The notes: generated by a model from the sequence alone, not told the origin. Counted from the first letter of the stretch, positions 1 through 9,278 are shown. The stretch: 64,000 bases of DNA from Alphaproteobacteria bacterium (GCA_965246755.1 OZ251979.1:1665129-1729128); one strand, 5' to 3'. Numbers and translations are program-made.

Positions 1-14
1 ACCAGACGCGTTAA

Positions 15-1109
15 TCACCCTTCCATAAAGTGACCGAATGGCTGCAACGGCTCTATTCGGTCACAAATTATTTTTGTGATGGCTAACAGGGGTGTGGCGA
101 GAATAGCGCCCGGCACACCCCACATCCAATACCAGAATACCAATGCCAAAATCACCAAGACCGGGTTCAGCGTAAACCGCCGCGCCAGCAACATGGGCGT
201 CACAAACTGCCCTTCCGTCAGATGCACCAGGAAATACAGCCCGACCGGCAAAAATGCCGCCCCCAAGGTTGGCGTGGTTAAGAGACCGATAGTCGTTAAG
301 ATAATCATATTAATAATGGGGCCAATGATGGGAATATAGTTCAGCAAGAAAGCCACCGTTCCCCACAGCAACGCGTCACTGCGCCCGCAAATTAGCATGA
401 TAAGCATGGTTAAAACACCGACGCCGATATTCATCAGCGTAATAGTGGCCAGATAACCGGAAATATCGCTTTCAATCTGTTGGGAGATTGACACGGCACG
501 TTTCTTTTCCTCCAACCGCGGCAAAATTTCGACCAGGCGCCGTAAAAACGTATCGCCCGATCCCAACATGAATAACAGGATGATCAGCATCTCAAACAGG
601 CCGCTGGCAAAGTTACGCGTGCCGCGCAACAGCTGGCTGGACAGACTGTTATTATCCTGTACCGCGACCGTTACCGTGGGCGCGGCTGGTGTTGTGGTGG
701 TAACGGTGGTGATGCCTTCAGCGCGATGCAACAGGTTCTGAAAAGCTTTAAGCGGCGATTGCAACACCGTCAATTTTTCTTGAATTTGCGGTAAGGCCGT
801 GGGCAGTTTTTGTATCCAGTTTGTAGCTGGCAATGACAGTGCCGCACCCAAACCCACCAACACAAACAACAAACCCAGAATGATTAGCAGCGCCGCCAAC
901 ATGCGCGGCAGCCGCAGCCGCTGCAAAAACCGCATCACCGGCTGGAACACCAGTTTCAACACCAGCGCCAGCACTATGGGCATGATCAAATCTGCCGCCA
1001 GATAACACACCGTTAACAGCGCAATAGCAAACAACCCGCCCAGGTAAAAGTTCTTCGCGTCAACATGCGGCGGATTGTTATCGGGCAAAACGGGATCGGG
1101 GTAATTCAT
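15..1109 (-). CDS. AI-2E family (PerM/TqsA-like) membrane transporter
   Basis: 364-aa multi-TM ORF with family motifs 'LLNYIPIIGP', 'EGQFVTPMLL', 'LNPVLVILALVFWYWMWGVPGAILATP'. Confidence 0.85.
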   Translation of the reverse strand: MNYPDPVLPDNNPPHVDAKNFYLGGLFAIALLTVCYLAADLIMPIVLALVLKLVFQPVMRFLQRLRLPRMLAALLIILGLLFVLVGLGAALSLPATNWIQKLPTALPQIQEKLTVLQSPLKAFQNLLHRAEGITTVTTTTPAAPTVTVAVQDNNSLSSQLLRGTRNFASGLFEMLIILLFMLGSGDTFLRRLVEILPRLEEKKRAVSISQQIESDISGYLATITLMNIGVGVLTMLIMLICGRSDALLWGTVAFLLNYIPIIGPIINMIILTTIGLLTTPTLGAAFLPVGLYFLVHLTEGQFVTPMLLARRFTLNPVLVILALVFWYWMWGVPGAILATPLLAITKIICDRIEPLQPFGHFMEG

Positions 1110-1178
1110 GAAACATCCTTGCTAAAGCCCCGCGAGTATAGCCGCCTTACCACAAATTACCCAGCATATTTGTGCAGG

Positions 1179-2027
1179 TCAGCGGCTATGCTGGTTTATA
1201 AACGCCGTCATATCCCGCAACAGCGGGGTTTTATCCTGAAACCCATCCGCCAATGACAGGATAATGCCGATATGACCGGTATTGGGATACACCTGCGTTT
1301 CAACACTGTTGTGATACGCCTTCAATTTTGCCGCCATATTATAAGTATTGCGCGGCTGCACCGTATCATCCGCGCCGCCGGTCACCAGCAACATCGGCGG
1401 CAAGCCGCTGGTGATGTAATGTATCGGTTGCGTATCGGCATCCGCGAAACCTTTAAACACATCTTTAACATCGCCTTCGGTTGACGGCGTAAAATCGTAA
1501 GGCCCGGCAATGCCAATCGTGCCGCGGATCCAATCCTGCTGTACGCCATTACGTTTTAAAACGGCATCATTGACGGTCAGCATTACGGCATTGAACGCGC
1601 CCGCCGAATGCCCGGCCACAAAAAGATTAGCGGCATTGCCGCCATAGGACGCGATATTGTTATGCACCCATGCTAACGCCTTGGCCCCGTCATCCACAAA
1701 ATCAGGATACTGCACCTGCGGATACAACCGGTAATCCGCAATTGCCACAATAAAACCATGCTGTGTCAGCGCCTGCGCAACAAATGTATAATCCGCCTTA
1801 CGGCCGTATTTCCAGCTGCCACCATAGAGGAATAACACCACCGGCGCCTGCGCTGCGATTTTATCCGGCACATAGACATCCAGCCGCTGCCGCGCATCAT
1901 CGCCATAGGCAATATCTTTGGTCAGCCTGTAGCCATCACTGGGAATGGTGGCATTCAACAGCGATACCGGCGAACAGGCGGCGAGGATAAAGATGAGACA
2001 GATGAGTAGTGGTGATTTGTAGGACAT
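1179..2027 (-). CDS. Lipoprotein alpha/beta hydrolase (HSL/BD-FAE-like esterase)
   Basis: Lipobox ILAAC, oxyanion 'YGGSW', nucleophile 'GHSAG', C-terminal Asp/His ('DDTV', 'GH'). Confidence 0.85.
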   Translation of the reverse strand: MSYKSPLLICLIFILAACSPVSLLNATIPSDGYRLTKDIAYGDDARQRLDVYVPDKIAAQAPVVLFLYGGSWKYGRKADYTFVAQALTQHGFIVAIADYRLYPQVQYPDFVDDGAKALAWVHNNIASYGGNAANLFVAGHSAGAFNAVMLTVNDAVLKRNGVQQDWIRGTIGIAGPYDFTPSTEGDVKDVFKGFADADTQPIHYITSGLPPMLLVTGGADDTVQPRNTYNMAAKLKAYHNSVETQVYPNTGHIGIILSLADGFQDKTPLLRDMTAFINQHSR

Positions 2028-2081
2028 AGAATTGAGGTAGAGGTTAACACATCAATAAAACATGTTGTTCTAGGAAGAATT

Positions 2082-2235
2082 AGCCTCCCCCTTGTAGGGA
2101 GGCACAAAAATTAAAGGCGACGCGCAGCATAGCCGCATAATTTTTGGGTGGGGGCTTAACTTAAATTTTACTAACCCCCACCCAAATTTTCATCGCTACG
2201 CTGGAAAATTTGTGCCTCCCCACAAGGGGGAGGCT
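2082..2235. repeat. REPIN-like palindromic element (two inverted REP-like hairpins plus internal inverted repeat)
   Basis: AGCCTCCCCCTTGTAGGGAGGCACAAA ... TTTGTGCCTCCCCACAAGGGGGAGGCT with internal TTTGGGTGGGGG/CCCCCACCCAAA. Related units at 7949, 8019 and 33180. Confidence 0.8.
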
Positions 2236-2251
2236 GTTACCACGCATCTGC

Positions 2252-2779
2252 TTACGCCGCCACAAACTTCAACGCCACGCCATTGTTGCAATAGCGCAGC
2301 CCCGTTGGCGCCGGGCCGTCTTTGAACACATGACCGTGATGACCGCCGCAGCGTGCGCAGTGATACTCCGTGCGCGGCACCAGAATTTTATAATCGGTTT
2401 TGGTTTCCAGATGCCCTGGAATGTAATCAAAAAAGCTGGGCCAGCCGGTGCCGCTGTCAAACTTTTGCGCACTGGTAAACAGCGGCAGATCACAACCGGC
2501 GCAGACAAATGTCCCCGTATGCTTTTCACTGTTGAGCGGGCTGGAAAACGGACGCTCGGTGCCCTCTTTGCGCAACACATCATAAGCGGCAGGATCCAGC
2601 TGCTGTTTCCATTCAGCAGCAGATTTAGTGATTTTAGCAATGTGTGTCGGGTCAGTCATTTTGTTCTCTATAGGCGCCGCCAGTAGTTTTTTTGCATCAA
2701 GCAATGGCAGTAATGCCAACACGCCGCCTACGGTTAACACTTGTTGCAAAAACGCGCGCCGGTTCATCTGGTTCATCAT
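2252..2779 (-). CDS. msrB: Peptide-methionine (R)-S-oxide reductase with Tat signal
   Basis: 'GTERPF', two CxxC Zn motifs, 'GTGWPSF', 'HGHVF', 'RYCNNG'; N-terminal twin-arginine 'NRRAFL'. Confidence 0.95.
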   Translation of the reverse strand: MMNQMNRRAFLQQVLTVGGVLALLPLLDAKKLLAAPIENKMTDPTHIAKITKSAAEWKQQLDPAAYDVLRKEGTERPFSSPLNSEKHTGTFVCAGCDLPLFTSAQKFDSGTGWPSFFDYIPGHLETKTDYKILVPRTEYHCARCGGHHGHVFKDGPAPTGLRYCNNGVALKFVAA

Positions 2780-2904
2780 ATTACAAATATGGGCGCTGTC
2801 CGTCGGTTACGCAACATTACAAATCGGCAAATTATTGCAACAATGTAATTGGTGCCTAGTGTTAAGATACCGTATAATTGGCATAATCAAAAAGTGATGG
2901 TCAC

Positions 2905-5028
2905 ATGCGCGTATTTAAAATTTTGCCCTGCTTGATTTTAATAATTTTGTTAGCGACATCGTTAAGTGCGCAGGCGGCCGCAAGCGACCCGCCGGGGTGT
3001 GTTGGCCGCCTCAGTTATGCGGAAGGCGCGGTATCTTTCCACGCGGCGGATCAGGCAGACTGGTCGCAGGCGACGCTCAATTATCCTCTTACCACCGGCG
3101 ACTCCTTATGGACCGATGTTGGCGCGCGTGCTGAAATTCAGATTGGCAGTGCGGAAATTTATCTGGATCAAGTTACTGAAGTGGATGTAACGCAGCTAGA
3201 CGACAGTGCCATTCGCTTGGCTGTCCTTCGCGGCAGTATCAATGTGCATTTTACTGCGGTGCCGCTAAACGGAGATATTAAAATTACGGCGCCTGCGGGC
3301 GATGTTACGCTGAATACTCCTGGCACCTATCGTATTGACGCGGGACAGCAGACCACTGTCACGACGTTACAAGGCCAGGCGTTGGTAACCCGGCCGGTTG
3401 TCACCCAGGTAATGACTGATCAAAGCGTAATCTTGGTCTCTGACAGGCACTTTTTTGGGCTTGGTATTAACAGCGCCTTTGACCGCTGGGCACAACAGCG
3501 CAACGCACCGCCGTTGCAAAATTTCGCGCGTTATGTGTCACCACAGATGACCGGCTATGAAGATTTGTCAAATTATGGCGATTGGGCGACCGAGGCAGAC
3601 TATGGCACCGTCTGGTATCCGCAAAATATTGCCACCGACTAGGCGCCCTATCGCAACGGCCACTGGGTCTATCGGCGTCCTTGGGGGTATACCTGGGTCG
3701 ATAATGCGCCGTGGGGTTTTGCGCCGTTTCATTACGGCCGCTGGGCGCGCATTCATAACCGCTGGGGCTGGATTCCGGGCGATATCGCCGCGCGTCCGGT
3801 TTACGCACCGGCGCTGGTCGTGTTTGTAAATAGCGTGCCCGCAAATATACCACCGCGCGGTTTGGGAACGTTTGGCCCCGTCGGCACTGTCGGTTGGGTG
3901 CCGCTCGCGCCCTATGAAACATTCACACCTTATTACGCGACCAGCACGACATATATAACATACATTAACACCGGCCATCGCCGCGACCGTCATGATCATG
4001 ACAATAACAATGACAACCATCATAATGATGACCATGATCACGACCACCAACATCGTGATTTGGCTAACCGTACCGCCACGACCGTCGTGCCCGCCGCGAC
4101 ACTGCAAAACGCCCAGCCCGTGCATCAAACCATTATCGCCAACACTGCGGGAGATAGCATCATCGCCAAACCGGCGACTGTGCTATCGCAACTGCCGCCC
4201 ACGCCTGCCGCGCAGACTGGTGGCGCGCCGGTGACAGCTGAAATACGCGAACGCCTGCCACGGCCGGTCACAACCGCAGGCGATCATCATCAAGACCATA
4301 AAAAAGATGCGGCGCCGGTTATAACGCCCGTTGCAAGCGCGCCCGCGCCCACCATACCCGCAATCGCAATTGTACCGCCAGTTGTTGAGCCAGCGGCAGT
4401 AACCCCATCGCCAACGCCAGCAGCTGATACGAATGCGCCGCCAACGAAACCAACGCCGGTCGTGCGTCCGGTTATCCAGCGACCTATCGTCACCGCGCCG
4501 ATTGTTGATAAACCACCAGCCGTTACAATGCCTGAATCAACGCCAGTTGTAACGCCGTCTACCCTACCGCCAGTTGCCGCACCTGCTTCAACGCAGCCGC
4601 CAACACTACCTGTACAAGCACCGCATCCTGTACCCGGCACTGTCATTGCGCCGCATCCGCTTGTGACTGCGCCGGACACTGCGCCAAATATCATCGTGAA
4701 GACCCCGCCGGTGAAGGCACTTGAGGTTGTGCCGCCAGTAACGTCATCACCTACAGCAAATGCGCCCGTGCCTATCGCCGAACCACCAATTGTTAAACCG
4801 CCGATACCGCCTGTTGCAGTTACAGTTGCGCCAACCCCGCCAATTGTGGAAAGACCGGCGATTGTCAGCATCCCGCGCTCAGCCATCAGCGATGCCGTAC
4901 AACCGCCGCCTGCCGCGCCGGCTGAACAACACAATACGCCCGCGCCATCTGCCCCAGCTGCATCGGTAAAGGCGCCTGAACCCGATGCTGGTGCAAGCCC
5001 GGATAAACCCGCCACGTCCGCACCATAG
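2905..5028 (+). pseudogene. FecR-domain/DUF6600-type secreted protein with Pro-rich tail, interrupted by one in-frame TAG (3640-3642)
   Basis: ORFs 2905..3642 and 3820..5028 share a frame. Reading through gives 'ATD*APYRNGHWVYRRPWGYTWVDNAPWGFAPFHYGRW', the typical DUF6600 block with TAG at a Trp position. Confidence 0.8.
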
Positions 5029-5031
5029 CGC

Positions 5032-5062
5032 AAAAAAACAGCCCAGTAAAACTGGGCTGCTT
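5032..5062. terminator. Probable bidirectional intrinsic terminator
   Basis: A-run, then CAGCCCAGT-AAA-ACTGGGCTG hairpin between convergent genes. Confidence 0.75.
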
Positions 5063-5086
5063 CAATTCATAATTAATTAGTAATAA

Positions 5087-5407
5087 TTATTTGTGCGCGC
5101 TGTTGTTGTTCAAAATTGCTTTATCAACGCTTTTCTCAACTTTTTTCGCGCCAATTGCAACGTGATTACCAGCCAGCTCCGCGCTGTTTTGCAGTTGCGC
5201 GCCAGTGTCGTCAGTGGCTTTTGCATGCTCTTTTTCAACGCGGTTTATTGCGATGTTGCTGTGCTGTTTGGCAAGGGCGGCATCATCTTTGGCAACTGCC
5301 GCATGGTCAGATGCGTCAGATGCCGCGCGCTGTGTTGCAGTTTCTGCATGCGCTGCGCCAACAGTTGCAAAGGTTGCCGCCGCAGCCAGGATTGCGAGTG
5401 TTTTCAT
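5087..5407 (-). CDS. Small secreted Ala-rich hypothetical protein
   Basis: Signal peptide MKTLAILAAAATFATVGAAHA; GGAG RBS upstream. Confidence 0.7.
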   Translation of the reverse strand: MKTLAILAAAATFATVGAAHAETATQRAASDASDHAAVAKDDAALAKQHSNIAINRVEKEHAKATDDTGAQLQNSAELAGNHVAIGAKKVEKSVDKAILNNNSAHK

Positions 5408-5515
5408 GAGTATAATCTCCGATAGGGTTAAGTCACAAGGTTATGACATGTGCTGAATATAAAATAACCAGCCGCGGAAACCTAGTTACATTTTGGAGAG
5501 TAATAACCCGCGCAT

Positions 5516-5542
5516 AAAAAAACCCGGGCGAACCCGGGCTTT
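5516..5542 (-). terminator. Intrinsic terminator
   Basis: CCCGGG-CGAA-CCCGGG hairpin with T-run on the minus strand after the 5561 stop. Confidence 0.7.
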
Positions 5543-5560
5543 AATAACCAAGTTAATAAA

Positions 5561-5803
5561 TTACTGAGCAGGCTCAGACATTGGCGCTTCCGCAGACGCT
5601 GGCGTTACTTCAGCAGCTGGTGCAGTTTTCGCTTTCGCCATGTGTTTGTGCGTGGCAGTTTTGTGCGCGACATGTTTATGTACCGCGTGATGTTTAACCG
5701 CTTTGTGCGCTGCTGGTGCAGATGCGTCAGCAGCCATGTCGGCAGCCTGGGCAATACCGGCAGTCGCGAACAGGGCGACAGCAAGGATGGCTAATTTTTT
5801 CAT
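5561..5803 (-). CDS. Small secreted His/Lys/Ala-rich protein (acid-shock/Asr-like composition)
   Basis: Signal peptide ending AQA; 'HKAVKHHAVHKHVAHKTATHKH'; GGAG RBS. Confidence 0.7.
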   Translation of the reverse strand: MKKLAILAVALFATAGIAQAADMAADASAPAAHKAVKHHAVHKHVAHKTATHKHMAKAKTAPAAEVTPASAEAPMSEPAQ

Positions 5804-5974
5804 AAGATCGTCTCCAAAAGGTTGAACGCAAAAGATTCGCGTGAATTATTATTATGCCGCTCACGGCCAAAAGTCAGTTTACTTTTTAAGTGATCGCCGC
5901 AAAAAACGCATTACAAATTCGTCATAGAGTTTTCTTGTGCGCGGCCGCAAAACTATGCCATAACCCTCATCCCC

Positions 5975-7897
5975 ATGTTATCTTTCAGCAATCTATCCTA
6001 CAAAATCGGCGCGCGCACCATCATCGGTGATGCCTCGCTCAATATCATGGACGGCTGGAAGGTCGGCGTCATCGGCCAAAACGGCGCCGGGAAATCGACA
6101 CTGTTCAAACTTATCGCCGGCGTGCTGACGCCCGATGGCGGCACTATCGCCATCAATGCCAAACAACGGCTGGGCTGGGTGCGGCAGGATATTGATGAAA
6201 GCGACACGCCGCTGCTTGACATGGTGCTCGCCGCGCATGAGGAAATGGCTGCACTGTGGCATGCGACCGAAACCGAACAAGACCCCAATAAACTGGGCGA
6301 CATTTACGAACGCCTCGGCGAGCTGGACGCCTATGCCGCACCGGCCAAAGCCGCCACGCTACTGACCGGCCTTGGCTTTAAAGAATCGCAATTAAAGGAA
6401 CCCTTCTCATCTTTCTCCGGCGGCTGGCGCATGCGTGTGGCGCTCGCCGCCGCGTTGTTTGTCGAACCGGAAATCCTGCTGCTGGATGAGCCGACCAACC
6501 ACTTGGATTTGGAAGCCATCATGTGGCTGGAAACCTACCTCGCCGCCTATCCGCATACGCTGCTGATAATCTCGCACGACCGCGACATGCTTAATAAATG
6601 TATCGACCATGTCGTGCATGTCGATAAAGCGCAGCTGACGCTTTACACCGGCAATTACGATACCTTTGAACGCGAACGCGCCATGAAACTTGGCCTGCAG
6701 CAAAAAATGCATGACAAGCAACAGGCCGAACGCGCGCATATGCAGGCGTTTGTGGATCGGTTTAAGGCAAAGGCGTCAAAGGCGGCCCAGGCGCAATCGC
6801 GCATGAAGGCGCTGGAAAAAATGGATATCGTTGACGCGGTCATTGCGGAGCGCGCCATCCGTTTCGTCTTTCCCAATCCGGATGGCAAAATTCCCTCCCC
6901 TATGCTATCGGTCAATCATGCCGACATCGGCTATACGGCTGATAAACCCATCTTAAAACGCGTGCATGAAAATATCGATCTGGATGACCGCATCGCGCTG
7001 CTCGGCGCTAACGGTAACGGTAAATCAACCTTGATTAAACTTATTGCCGGCAAGCTAGATCCATTGAAGGGCGATATCTTCCGCTCTAACAAACTCAAGA
7101 TTGGTTATTTCTCGCAGCATCAGACCGAGGAGCTCGATGTCGCGGCGACACCCTACCAGGAAATGCAAAAACTGATGCTGCGCAAAAATCCGGTCGCAGC
7201 TGAACATCAAATTCGCGCCAGGCTCGGCGCCTTTGGCTTTACCAAGGACATGATGGATAACCGCATCGCGCAATTATCGGGCGGGGAAAAGGCGCGGCTG
7301 CTGTTTGCTTTTATGAGCTTTGACGGCCCGCATCTCTTGATCCTCGATGAGCCGACCAACCACCTGGATATAGATGCGCGCGAGGCGCTGGTGCAGGCAT
7401 TAAACAACTACGATGGCGCGGTAATTATCGTCAGCCATGACCCGACGATGGTCGAGCGGGTCGCCGACCGCCTGTGGCTGGTCAAGGACGGCGCGGTCTC
7501 CGATTTCGAAGGCGACCTTGAAGACTACCGCAAATTCACGATCCAGGCTAAACGCGACAGTGCGAAGGCAGAGAAGAAGGAAAAACGGAAGTCGGAAGCT
7601 GGAAAGTGGAAGTTGGAAAGTGGAGGTGAGAACAGTGCTACGAATACATCCAGCTTCCCACCTCCCACTTTCTCCTCTTCCCCGCGCAAGCTGAACAACA
7701 AACAGCAACGCGCCTTTGAATTAGCCGAGCGCGAAATCGCGCGGCTGACAAAAGAAAAAACCAAGCTCGAAGCGCAAATGGCCGACCCGTCATTTTATGC
7801 CGACGCTGCCCAAGTCACCGCCACGCAAAAGACTTATGCGCAAATTTCCCAAGACCTCGCCGGTCATGAAGCCGTCTGGCTCGAGATGGCGGGTTAA
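5975..7897 (+). CDS. ABC-F family ATP-binding protein (YheS-like)
   Basis: Two NBDs (GQNGAGKS / FSGGWRMR / LLLDEPTNHLD and GANGNGKS / LSGGEK / ILDEPTNHLD), no TM segments, C-terminal coiled coil. Confidence 0.93.
   Translation: MLSFSNLSYKIGARTIIGDASLNIMDGWKVGVIGQNGAGKSTLFKLIAGVLTPDGGTIAINAKQRLGWVRQDIDESDTPLLDMVLAAHEEMAALWHATETEQDPNKLGDIYERLGELDAYAAPAKAATLLTGLGFKESQLKEPFSSFSGGWRMRVALAAALFVEPEILLLDEPTNHLDLEAIMWLETYLAAYPHTLLIISHDRDMLNKCIDHVVHVDKAQLTLYTGNYDTFERERAMKLGLQQKMHDKQQAERAHMQAFVDRFKAKASKAAQAQSRMKALEKMDIVDAVIAERAIRFVFPNPDGKIPSPMLSVNHADIGYTADKPILKRVHENIDLDDRIALLGANGNGKSTLIKLIAGKLDPLKGDIFRSNKLKIGYFSQHQTEELDVAATPYQEMQKLMLRKNPVAAEHQIRARLGAFGFTKDMMDNRIAQLSGGEKARLLFAFMSFDGPHLLILDEPTNHLDIDAREALVQALNNYDGAVIIVSHDPTMVERVADRLWLVKDGAVSDFEGDLEDYRKFTIQAKRDSAKAEKKEKRKSEAGKWKLESGGENSATNTSSFPPPTFSSSPRKLNNKQQRAFELAEREIARLTKEKTKLEAQMADPSFYADAAQVTATQKTYAQISQDLAGHEAVWLEMAG
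7587..7683. repeat. Heptamer tandem-repeat hairpin inside the ABC-F coding sequence
   Basis: GGAAGTC GGAAGCT GGAAAGT GGAAGTT GGAAAGT ... TCCAGCT TCCCACC TCCCACT. Confidence 0.7.
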
Positions 7898-7948
7898 TTC
7901 CATACATAAATTAAAATTTGCACAATCATTGTAATTTTAGAAAAAACT

Positions 7949-8100
7949 AGCCTCCTCCTTGTGGGGAGGCTATACCAACTGTGATGCAGCGCCGTTTGCA
8001 GTCATTCTTGGAAGAATGAGCCTCCCCCTTGCCGGTCTTGCCGAAGCTTTAGCAAAGGCAGATAGGGAGGCAGAATTTGCAAAGCAAATTCGGTGGGGAG
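7949..8100. repeat. REP-like palindromes (two units; the second interrupted by a nested 31-bp palindrome)
   Basis: AGCCTCCTCCTTGTGGGGAGGCT (7949-7971); GGAAGAATGAGCCTCCCCCTTG[8032-8062]TAGGGAGGC. Confidence 0.75.
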
Positions 8101-8190
8101 TTCTTGGTTTTGGTGCACGCAAAAGCCTGCATGCAACTTACCTAAGACCTCGCCAGCTATGAAGCCATTTTGCTAGAGCTAACTGACTGA

Positions 8191-8967
8191 TTACGGTTGC
8201 AGTACATTTTTGGTACGTATTGCTTCGGTACGCATTGCCTCCCTAACTAAATTTCTAATCGCCTTTTTTCCCGCCAATAAATAATTGCTAATTGTTTGCC
8301 GTGATACATCTAAATGCTGCGCCGCTTCTTCAATCGTTATCTCATTCAAAACTACCATACGCATTGCTTCTTGTTGAGACATAGGCAAAACTTTGATAGC
8401 ATCCATAATTAAAGCCGCTGTTACGGCTGTATTATCAGATATTGTAGTGTTTAATCTAATTTCTTCAGAGTCTGTATAATGTGGTGCATTTATGCTGACT
8501 GTGTTATGCAATCGCCGATATGCAATGGCATCATTCACCTGCTTGTGCGTAACTTTCGCGGCGGCAGCAATTTCAACGGCAGATGGCGCTCGTCCTAATT
8601 TTACTTCTAAAAGCTCAGCAGCTTTTGTCACGTGAAATACCAACTGCTGTATGTCATTGGGCAAGCGAATTTCCCATGTAGCAGAAATACATAGACGCAT
8701 TTCTTTTTTAATATACGAATCTGCATATGTGCTGAATTTATAACCTTTATTGGGATCAAATCTTTCGAGCGCTTTGAGCAGTCCATACATGCCAGCTTGT
8801 ATTAGATCGTCTAAATCAGCATACCTTTGATACGGCTTGGCAAATTGGATTATTAATCGCTTATATTGCGCGACAATTTGTTCTTTATCTTCCACCCGCT
8901 GCCGGCCATCACGTAGGTATTTGGCAATAAAAGCCTCTGGATCAGACAATTTATAATATTGTGACAT
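8191..8967 (-). CDS. Sigma-70 family alternative sigma factor (regions 2-3-4, divergent)
   Basis: 'DDLIQAGMYGLLKALERFDPNKGYKFSTYA', region 3 'LGRAPSAVEIA', region 4 HTH 'TIEEAAQHLDVSRQTIS'. Confidence 0.85.
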   Translation of the reverse strand: MSQYYKLSDPEAFIAKYLRDGRQRVEDKEQIVAQYKRLIIQFAKPYQRYADLDDLIQAGMYGLLKALERFDPNKGYKFSTYADSYIKKEMRLCISATWEIRLPNDIQQLVFHVTKAAELLEVKLGRAPSAVEIAAAAKVTHKQVNDAIAYRRLHNTVSINAPHYTDSEEIRLNTTISDNTAVTAALIMDAIKVLPMSQQEAMRMVVLNEITIEEAAQHLDVSRQTISNYLLAGKKAIRNLVREAMRTEAIRTKNVLQP

Positions 8968-9226
8968 AAAACATCCTCTGTAATGCTAAAAATAATAATA
9001 AAATAACAAAGCAAATGTCCACAAATTAATTGTGCAATAATTTAAGTTTTTATTTCAACAACTTAAAACAATTAAGGGCTAATGCTTTTACATTAGATTT
9101 GTAAGTACCGCCACATAATTTCGCCGTGTAATGAAATTACACTCAAATATCTGCTCCGCCCCGCCTGCGCGCTTGATTTGGATGTGCCCAACCTTATGGC
9201 GGGCGGCACTGCATACGCCGGTCGGC

Positions 9227-9278
9227 ATTCACAACCCTAAGCACGGCTATTCACAAGGCTAAGCGCCGCTATTCACAA
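9227..9278 (+). repeat. Three ATTCACAA direct repeats at 22-bp period (DnaA-box-like)
   Basis: ATTCACAA at 9227, 9249 and 9271 with similar spacers (CCCTAAGCACGGCT / GGCTAAGCGCCGCT). Confidence 0.7.

Noticed and set aside
3640-3642. Genome-wide TAG reassignment
   Set aside because: acnA, grpE, the FNR and the thioesterase all end at TAG at their expected C-termini, so TAG is a normal stop here.
4180-5028. Repeat array in the Pro/Ala/Val/Thr-rich region and the antisense ORF 4290..5033
   Set aside because: This is low-complexity coding sequence without exact DNA repeats; the antisense ORF is a shadow of it.
8624-8639. Third parS (TTTGTCACGTGAAATA)
   Set aside because: It has three mismatches and lies inside a CDS. 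The CACGTG site at about 47111 is worse. Both are plausible by chance.
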